Shown here: positions 26,245-34,765 of the stretch, piece by piece
Layout: each line of letters starts with the position of its first letter
Numbering within the stretch: the first letter of the stretch is position 1
From: an uncultured Micrococcales bacterium
Lineage (GTDB): Bacteria > Actinomycetota > Actinomycetes > Actinomycetales > Microbacteriaceae
Direction of reading: 5' to 3'
Length of the DNA: 34,765 nucleotides
NCBI GenBank assembly: GCA_903929105.1
Contig: CAIYTL010000215.1
Location: 1-34,765 of the forward strand
Notes under the pieces: generated by a model
What the model was told of the DNA's origin: nothing
Databases searched by the model: none
What the model saw: only the letters and a program-made list of their open reading frames with translations
Made by a program: the position numbers and the translations under genes

Positions 26245-26877
26245 CTAACGAAGAATGAAGGCGCCTTGGGTTTTATCGCTCAGCACGCCAGCCACCGAAA
26301 CACTTAGGTGAAAGGTTGCTCCCCCGGCCGGAACAACAGCTTGGCCCGAGGCCGCGTTGCAGCCGGTGGTTGACGAACGCACGCGATCCCACGAGGTCGG
26401 TTGGCTGTTCAAAGTTTGGCCGACTTTGATGACCATGGTCTTGTCAAAAGTGTCGCTGCGATCACAGTCTTTCGAGCTCCAATAAATCTCAGAGCCGCTG
26501 GTGACGGTCAAAAACTGCTGCGCGCTGCCAACGTTGAAACTGCAATCTACCGCACCGATGTTTTTGAGCGAAAAGCCAAAATATGGCGTTTCGGTCGGGC
26601 CAAAGCTCTGCCTAGGGTCAGTCAAAGTCTTATCGGTGACGATTGGCTTGACTGCGATGGCACCCGGGGCGCAAGGCTCACCTGCACCCGCAGTTGCGGC
26701 TGCAGTTAAAGTTGGGTTGCCTTTTGCAACGCCTGCTGAATGATTGATGCCATTGGCTAACGAGGCAATGCCCCAAATAATGGCAATGACCAGCACCAGC
26801 AAAAATCCACAGCCAATTTGGCGTCGACGATAAACCTGCTTAGGCAGTGGTCGGCGGTTTTGGTTTTGGTTGCTCAC
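26245..26877 (-). CDS. Conserved membrane-anchored hypothetical protein (Rv3587c-like)
   Basis: LPKQVYRRRQ, one TM helix, Cys-containing extracytoplasmic domain with WSSKDC and WDRVRS; convergent with radA. Confidence 0.75.
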   Translation of the reverse strand: MSNQNQNRRPLPKQVYRRRQIGCGFLLVLVIAIIWGIASLANGINHSAGVAKGNPTLTAAATAGAGEPCAPGAIAVKPIVTDKTLTDPRQSFGPTETPYFGFSLKNIGAVDCSFNVGSAQQFLTVTSGSEIYWSSKDCDRSDTFDKTMVIKVGQTLNSQPTSWDRVRSSTTGCNAASGQAVVPAGGATFHLSVSVAGVLSDKTQGAFILR

Positions 26878-26898
26878 AGGGCTATTAAAGCAGTGAGC

Positions 26899-27399
26899 CT
26901 AAAGAAGCTTGAGCATTCGAGTGTTACCCAGCGTGTTTTGTTTCACGCGAGCAAGATCAAGAAACTCTGCGATGCCCTCGTCGTTTGATCGAACCATCTC
27001 GGCGAAAGTGTCTTCGTCAACCGGGGTGTCAGCAATCGGCTCGAAACCGTGACGGCCAAAAAACTCGGTTTCAAAAGTCAGGCAAAATATGCGCTTGATG
27101 CCCAGCTCGGCGGCTCGTGCAAAAAGCGCCTCAATAATGATGTGGCCGATGCCCTTGCCCTGCAGGTTAGTGTCGATTACTACACTGCGAATCTCGGCAA
27201 GGTCTTGCCACATAACGTGCAAAGCCCCGCAACCGACAACCACATCGTTTTCGTCAACAGCCAAGATCATCTCTTGAACCTGTTCATACATTTCAACTTT
27301 TTCGCGGCCGAGCAAAACACTGCGATCGACCCAAGGTTGGCGCAAAGCGTGCACTGCTGGAATGTCAGTGGCCCTGGCCGGTCGAACCTGATAAGTCAT
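26899..27399 (-). CDS. argA: Amino-acid N-acetyltransferase (short GNAT N-acetylglutamate synthase)
   Basis: GCGALHVMWQDLAEIRS, FCLTFE, AEFLDLARVKQNTLGNTRML. Confidence 0.88.
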   Translation of the reverse strand: MTYQVRPARATDIPAVHALRQPWVDRSVLLGREKVEMYEQVQEMILAVDENDVVVGCGALHVMWQDLAEIRSVVIDTNLQGKGIGHIIIEALFARAAELGIKRIFCLTFETEFFGRHGFEPIADTPVDEDTFAEMVRSNDEGIAEFLDLARVKQNTLGNTRMLKLL

Positions 27400-27426
27400 A
27401 AAGCAATGTTACCGATGGCAAACGCA

Positions 27427-27455
27427 CGAAACCCCCGCGCTGGGCGGGGGTTTCG
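27427..27455 (-). terminator. Terminator hairpin after clpC
   Basis: CGAAACCCCCGC / GCGGGGGTTTCG 12-bp stem, 5-nt loop. Confidence 0.85.
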
Positions 27456-27499
27456 ATTAACGCTTGTTAGCTTTTAGGTAACTTTGCCAGAACAGCGAC

Positions 27500-29965
<2,466 letters not shown>

Positions 29966-30046
29966 GTTTACTCCTTGCCCAAAACGGGTCGACAAACGAG
30001 TTGCCTATTAGAGATGTTAGAGAATCAGCAAGCCCTTGTGGGCGTT

Positions 30047-30063
30047 GTTCGCCCTAGGGTGAA
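30047..30063. promoter_or_regulatory. Palindrome upstream of the clpC promoter, ClgR-like
   Basis: GTTCGCCCTAGGGTGAA; about 28 nt upstream of -10 TAACAT (30019-30014, minus strand). Confidence 0.5.
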
Positions 30064-30067
30064 ATTG

Positions 30068-30286
30068 CTACTTATTTTTTAATATGGATGCTTCGCCTTC
30101 GGCGGCAACCGCTTTGGCGGCTTCGAACTTTGCAGTTTCTTCGGCTTCGATTTTGGCGTAGACCTTGCGCTCAGTGCGGTCTGCTCGAATGATCGAACGC
30201 ATTACCACCCAGAAAATTCCGCCGACCAAAATCGGTGGAGTTAGCGCGAGCAGAACATCCCACGCGGTTTTTAAAAAGTCAGCCAT
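30068..30286 (-). CDS. Small single-TM hypothetical protein
   Basis: Starts 2 nt after the lysS stop; TM LTPPILVGGIFWVVM followed by charged helix RADRTER. Confidence 0.75.
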   Translation of the reverse strand: MADFLKTAWDVLLALTPPILVGGIFWVVMRSIIRADRTERKVYAKIEAEETAKFEAAKAVAAEGEASILKNK

Positions 30287-30288
30287 GA

Positions 30289-31788
30289 CTATTTCACCAG
30301 CGGGAACATGATGGTTTCGCGAATGCCCAAACCGGTGAGGCTCATGAGCAGTCGGTCAATGCCCATGCCCATGCCACCAGACGGCGGCATGCCAAACTCG
30401 AGGGCTTTCAAAAAGTCTTCGTCGAGCTTCATGGCCTCAGGGTCGCCAGCTGCGGCCAAGGTCACCTGTTCGATAAAGCGTGCGCGCTGAATCACTGGGT
30501 CGACAAGTTCGCTATAGCCGGTGGCTTGTTCGTAGCCGCGAATGTAGAGGTCCCACTTTTCAACCACGCCAGACTTGCTGCGGTGGTCGCGGGTGAGCGG
30601 CGATGTGTCCACCGGAAAATCAATTACGAAAGTCGGTTTGACCAGGTTGGTTTTTACAAAGTGTTCCCAAAGCTCTTCAACATATTTGCCGTGCAACGGG
30701 TGGTCGATTTCGATGTCAACTTTGGCTGCCAACGCTTTGAGCTCAGCAATTGGAGTCTCAGGCGTGATGTGCACGCCGGCGGCCTCGCTGAGCGACTCGA
30801 ACATCGAAATGCGTGGCCACGAACCCGACAGGTCGTTGATCTCGCCGCCTTCGAGTTCGACTTGGTGGGTGCCGAAGACATCCATGGCCGCATTTTGAAT
30901 CAACGACTGGGTTAGGTCGGCGATTGTGTTGTAGTCACCATAGGCTTCGTATGCCTCGAGCATTGCAAACTCAGGCGAGTGAGTGCGGTCGGCACCTTCG
31001 TTGCGAAAGTTTCGGTTGATTTCAAAAACGCGGTCGATGCCACCGACAACGGCGCGCTTCAAGAACAGCTCGGGTGCAATGCGAAGGAACAGCTCAGTGT
31101 CAAAAGCGTTGCTGTGAGTTTTGAACGGGCGGGCGCTAGCACCACCGTGAATGGTCTGCAGCATCGGGGTTTCAACTTCGATGTAGCTGCGAGCGTCAAA
31201 AGTTCGGCGCAGCGATTTCATCACGTTGGCACGAATCTGAACAACTTCGCGGGCACGGTCGCGCACGATTAGGTCAACATAGCGGTGGCGAACTCTATAT
31301 TCTTCGCCAAGTACGTTGTGCAGGTTTGGCCGCGGGCGAATGGTCTTAGCGGCCATCTTCCACTCGCTAACAAGCACGCTCAACTCGCCGCGTTTTGAGG
31401 TAATAACTTCGCCAGTGACAAACAGGTGGTCACCAAGGTCGACAAGTTCTTTGTAACTATCGAGCGCGACTTCGCCAACTTTGTCGAGGCTAAGCATCGC
31501 CTGAATGCGCTGACCTGAGCCGGCCTGAAGCGTGGCAAAACAGAGCTTGCCGGTGTTGCGTTGAAAGACGATGCGGCCGGCAATCGAAACGGTGTCACCC
31601 GTGGCAACGTCGATCTCAAGGTCAGGGTAGGCAGCGCGAACCTGCTCGATGGTGTGTGTGATTGGCAAGCTCACCGGGTAGGCATCGCCCTCGGCAATCA
31701 GGCGCTCACGCTTAGCCAAACGAATCGCGATCTGCTCGGGCAGGTCGGTTTCTTCGCCTTCAGGGCTCAAGTTGAGTTCGTCGTTCAT
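30289..31788 (-). CDS. lysS: Lysine-tRNA ligase (class II)
   Basis: [38 protein letters not shown]; ATG 31788 after AAGGAG. Confidence 0.97.
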   Translation of the reverse strand: MNDELNLSPEGEETDLPEQIAIRLAKRERLIAEGDAYPVSLPITHTIEQVRAAYPDLEIDVATGDTVSIAGRIVFQRNTGKLCFATLQAGSGQRIQAMLSLDKVGEVALDSYKELVDLGDHLFVTGEVITSKRGELSVLVSEWKMAAKTIRPRPNLHNVLGEEYRVRHRYVDLIVRDRAREVVQIRANVMKSLRRTFDARSYIEVETPMLQTIHGGASARPFKTHSNAFDTELFLRIAPELFLKRAVVGGIDRVFEINRNFRNEGADRTHSPEFAMLEAYEAYGDYNTIADLTQSLIQNAAMDVFGTHQVELEGGEINDLSGSWPRISMFESLSEAAGVHITPETPIAELKALAAKVDIEIDHPLHGKYVEELWEHFVKTNLVKPTFVIDFPVDTSPLTRDHRSKSGVVEKWDLYIRGYEQATGYSELVDPVIQRARFIEQVTLAAAGDPEAMKLDEDFLKALEFGMPPSGGMGMGIDRLLMSLTGLGIRETIMFPLVK

Positions 31789-31799
31789 GACGGGCTCCT

Positions 31800-32684
31800 T
31801 CAAATTAAAACTTCTAAGTTGTCAATCAACCGAGTTTCGCCAATTTTGGCAGCTATCAGCAAAATCGCTGAGCCGTGAAAATTTTCAGAAACCGGTTCAA
31901 AATCGTTTGCGCTAACCAGCTGCAGATAATCAAGTTTAGCCTGCGGGGCATCGGCCTCGAGCTGAAGTTTGTGGGCGTTCAAAACCTCGCTCGCAGGCGC
32001 CCCGGCCTCGAGTTCAAGAACGGCCTGACGAAGTGCGCGGTTTAGAGTGTTTGCTGCTCGAAGGTCGTCTGTGCTCAAAAATCGGTTTCGGCTCGACATT
32101 GCCAGCCCGCTGGCCTCACGCACGGTTGGCGCGGCCTGCACGAGCAACCCGGGGTAATCTTGCGCGGCCATTTGACGCACTAAAAACAGTTGTTGGGCAT
32201 CTTTGGCGCCAAAAACTGCTCGATTTGGCTCGGCGAGGTCAAATAGCCGAGCAACCACGGTCAACATTCCGTCAAAGTGGCCTGGGCGTGCATGGCCTTC
32301 GAGAATCTCGGCAGCTTTGCCCGCTTTTTTGTGATTCGCCTCGGCTTGACCCTGAGGGTAAACCTCGTCAACATCGGGTGCAAACAAAACATCAGCGCCA
32401 GCGCCTTCGAGCAGCTTGGCGTCTGCTTCTAAAGTGCGCGGATACCGATCAAAATCTTCGCCCACCCCAAACTGCAGCGGGTTCACAAAAACCGAAACAA
32501 TTACGAACGGCAGTCGCGGCCCTGTTTCACCACCCAGCACCCGCCCCGCTTGGGCAAGTTCAACCAAAGACAGGTGGCCAGCGTGCAAGGCACCCATTGT
32601 TGGCACCAAAACTATTTCGCGACCGGCCTCGCGAGCGGTGTGCACGGCGCTTTTCAAGTCGGCTGCGGTGTGAAGCGTGAGCAT
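31800..32684 (-). CDS. panC: Pantoate-beta-alanine ligase
   Basis: [46 protein letters not shown]. Confidence 0.96.
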   Translation of the reverse strand: MLTLHTAADLKSAVHTAREAGREIVLVPTMGALHAGHLSLVELAQAGRVLGGETGPRLPFVIVSVFVNPLQFGVGEDFDRYPRTLEADAKLLEGAGADVLFAPDVDEVYPQGQAEANHKKAGKAAEILEGHARPGHFDGMLTVVARLFDLAEPNRAVFGAKDAQQLFLVRQMAAQDYPGLLVQAAPTVREASGLAMSSRNRFLSTDDLRAANTLNRALRQAVLELEAGAPASEVLNAHKLQLEADAPQAKLDYLQLVSANDFEPVSENFHGSAILLIAAKIGETRLIDNLEVLI

Positions 32685-33406
32685 TAGCGACCGCCGGTCA
32701 GTTCGTCAGGGTCAAACGGTTGGTGTCCGCTGGCCAAAGCTTGTTCTACGGCGCTGCGAACAACTGGCGCAATCACGGCTCGAGCGTCGGGCAGCCCAAT
32801 TTCTTCTAGCAAACCGATCGCTTGATTCACCACGAGCGCCGAAAAGTTTGTCGCCACTTCGAATGCTTCAAAATATTTTTCTCGGTCACTCTCAGCAATC
32901 ACAAATGGTTCGGCACCCATTTCGATCACAAGTGCTTCAACAATCGGCAAAGCAACTTTTGGCGCGTTGACCGCAAAATGACTTTCGCGAATGCGAGCCA
33001 CATCAATGCTGGTGCCGGTGAAACGCATTGCCGGATGAATCGCCAACGCAATCACACCTTGCTGCGAGGCGGGTGCCAGAATCGAGTATCCGTATTCGCC
33101 AGCGGTGTGAGCCAAAAGCTGGCCGGCACGCCAGAGGTGGGTTTCAGCTGCGCCGCTGACCAAGTCAAGAATTTGGTTCGCAGGTATCGCCAGCAAAACT
33201 AAGTCGCTGCGGTCAATGACCTCATCAACCTGTAACAGTTCGGCGCCCGGCAACATGGCATCGATGCGGTCAAGGTTTTCAGCCGAGACCGCGCTGATGC
33301 CGACAAGCTGGTGGCCAGCACCTGCAAGAGCTTGGGCAAGGGCAACGCCAACTGGCCCGGCGCCGATAACACCGAAACTCAGTCGGCCACTGGTTGGGCC
33401 CGTCAC
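32684..33406 (-). CDS. Rossmann-like/DUF2520 protein (PanG-type ketopantoate reductase candidate)
   Basis: GVIGAGPVG, AHTAG, HPAMRFTG; coupled to panC; GTG 33406 overlaps the upstream TGA. Confidence 0.82.
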   Translation of the reverse strand: MTGPTSGRLSFGVIGAGPVGVALAQALAGAGHQLVGISAVSAENLDRIDAMLPGAELLQVDEVIDRSDLVLLAIPANQILDLVSGAAETHLWRAGQLLAHTAGEYGYSILAPASQQGVIALAIHPAMRFTGTSIDVARIRESHFAVNAPKVALPIVEALVIEMGAEPFVIAESDREKYFEAFEVATNFSALVVNQAIGLLEEIGLPDARAVIAPVVRSAVEQALASGHQPFDPDELTGGR

Positions 33407-33906
33407 GCCGCAGCCTCGGGCTCTGTCGTGGTCGAGCCTTGATCTTCGTTTGGCAAACGACAAAAACGCTCAACCACAAGGGCAACCACTAGCAAAACCA
33501 CTGCCGCAATGCCGGCCCCGATTGTTCTGCCAACCGATTCTGAACCCTGAGCTGGGCGACTCAATAAATAAAACAGCACTCCCAATTGCCAACCTAAAAT
33601 CGCACTTGAGGTGATTGAGCTGGCTTTGGCTAAAACCAATATTCGAACCGCATAGAACGGATCAACCCGCTTAACCGGTTTGCTAGTTTTAGCTGTTAGG
33701 GCGGCGGCCAGGTCGCGACGGTATCGCACCATTGGCCATGAGAATGCCGCTAATAAAATCGCAATCGCTGGCAAAGTGAACACTAACGATGCGGGTGCAA
33801 TAAAAACGGCTCGCCCTGAACGCACAAAAAGGTCTGAGGCGACCAGCGCGACGAAACCATCGAGCGCCGCAACACTTAGCAAAGTCAAAAATCTGGTTGG
33901 TCTCAT
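33403..33906 (-). CDS. DUF3180-family membrane protein
   Basis: Four TM helices, VDPFYAVRILVLAKASS, E..C.LP; follows folK. Confidence 0.85.
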   Translation of the reverse strand: MRPTRFLTLLSVAALDGFVALVASDLFVRSGRAVFIAPASLVFTLPAIAILLAAFSWPMVRYRRDLAAALTAKTSKPVKRVDPFYAVRILVLAKASSITSSAILGWQLGVLFYLLSRPAQGSESVGRTIGAGIAAVVLLVVALVVERFCRLPNEDQGSTTTEPEAAA

Positions 33907-34391
33907 TCGATCACCACAACTTGATCGCGCAGGTCGGCAGCCAACTTTGCCACTGACCCGTGCCCTGGCAGAACCGCTTCGGGGTCAAGTAGCATCCATG
34001 GCACCAAAACAAACGCACGTTCATAAGCGCGCGGGTGAGGCAGCGTTAAATTTTTAGTGGCTTTGAGGGTTGAGCCAAAAGTGATGATGTCAATGTCGAG
34101 CGTGCGGCTGTCCCACCGCATGAGACGCACTCGACCCTGGGCAGTTTCAATCTGCTGGGCAAAAGCTAAAAGCTCTTTGGCGCTCAAACTTGTTTCGAGT
34201 GAAATAACTGCATTTAGAAACTTTGGTTTCGATTCGTCTATGCCATCTAGGGTTACCGCATAACTTTCAACCAGTGGCGAAAGTTTCACTTTTGAAATCG
34301 CTTTGTGCCCTTTCAAGCTTTCAACAGCAGAGCGAATGTTCGCCTCACGATCACCAAGATTGCCGCCCAGCGCCAGAATCACCGCGGTCAT
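33903..34391 (-). CDS. folK: 6-hydroxymethyl-7,8-dihydropterin pyrophosphokinase
   Basis: LALGGNLGDR, FLNAV, RTLDIDI, LPHPRAYERAFVLVP. Confidence 0.95.
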   Translation of the reverse strand: MTAVILALGGNLGDREANIRSAVESLKGHKAISKVKLSPLVESYAVTLDGIDESKPKFLNAVISLETSLSAKELLAFAQQIETAQGRVRLMRWDSRTLDIDIITFGSTLKATKNLTLPHPRAYERAFVLVPWMLLDPEAVLPGHGSVAKLAADLRDQVVVIE

Positions 34392-34765
34392 TTGCGGCGC
34401 CCCTTGACCGTGACCGAAACGTCGTCGAACTTGTGGTTGATTGGAGCGTTGGGCTTGTGAACGGTGATTTCGGCTTTGATGACGGGGCTAACGATTGCGT
34501 TCTTGCGGTCTGGGTCTGCCGTGGCGCCGAAGGCGAGCACCATGCGAAGCAAACGCCACGCCAAAGTTTCAATCAGGTCGACCGGTTTGCTAGCAACATC
34601 GGCCGCTATCGCATCGGCGAGTTCGCCATAGTGAACGGTGCCGGCTAGATCGTCTTGGGCAACCGCAGCGGTTGCGTCAACCCAAACTGATGCGTCGATT
34701 ATGAACTCTTGGCCGTTCTGTTTTTCAAAGTCAAACACCCCGTGGTGCCCAAAAACTCGAAGCCC
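34388..34765 (-). CDS. folB: Dihydroneopterin aldolase, 5' end outside the window
   Basis: GLRVFGHHGVFDFEK..GQ.F, TVHYGEL, LIETLA, HKPNAPI. Confidence 0.93.
   Translation of the reverse strand, partial: GLRVFGHHGVFDFEKQNGQEFIIDASVWVDATAAVAQDDLAGTVHYGELADAIAADVASKPVDLIETLAWRLLRMVLAFGATADPDRKNAIVSPVIKAEITVHKPNAPINHKFDDVSVTVKGRRK

Noticed and set aside
32684-33406. DUF2520 protein seems C-terminally short, possibly a pseudogene
   Set aside because: Intact frame, coupled to neighbours at both ends; short forms are, to my recollection, usual in this family

Overview
Mostly core-genome window of an actinobacterium. Gene order and protein sequences point to Microbacteriaceae; the moderate GC and very short intergenic spaces suggest a streamlined freshwater Rhodoluna/Aquiluna-like lineage (inference). 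In order: tRNA-Tyr; LacI regulator; yajQ; GH36 alpha-galactosidase; menaquinone cluster (polyprenyl synthase, menG, menF, menD, menA, menE, menB, menC); system II cytochrome c biogenesis operon; archaeal-type AspRS; stand-alone TipAS-like protein; glutaredoxin-like protein; HAD hydrolase; ribosomal protein bS22 (missed by the ORF track); an accessory SOUL + MIP channel + TetR block; ArsR; proC; radA; argA-type GNAT; clpC; lysS; panC; DUF2520; folK; partial folB. I found no mobile elements, CRISPR arrays or defence systems. The best candidate for an undescribed system is the SOUL heme-binding protein/Arg-less aquaporin/TetR block, with the Cys-free TipAS-like protein nearby where other actinobacteria carry rex-hem genes; this is a hypothesis only. 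There is also clear regulatory structure: many leaderless promoters, a 17-bp bidirectional promoter, and LacI-, PafBC- and ClgR-like sites. All family calls are by motif recognition, not database search.
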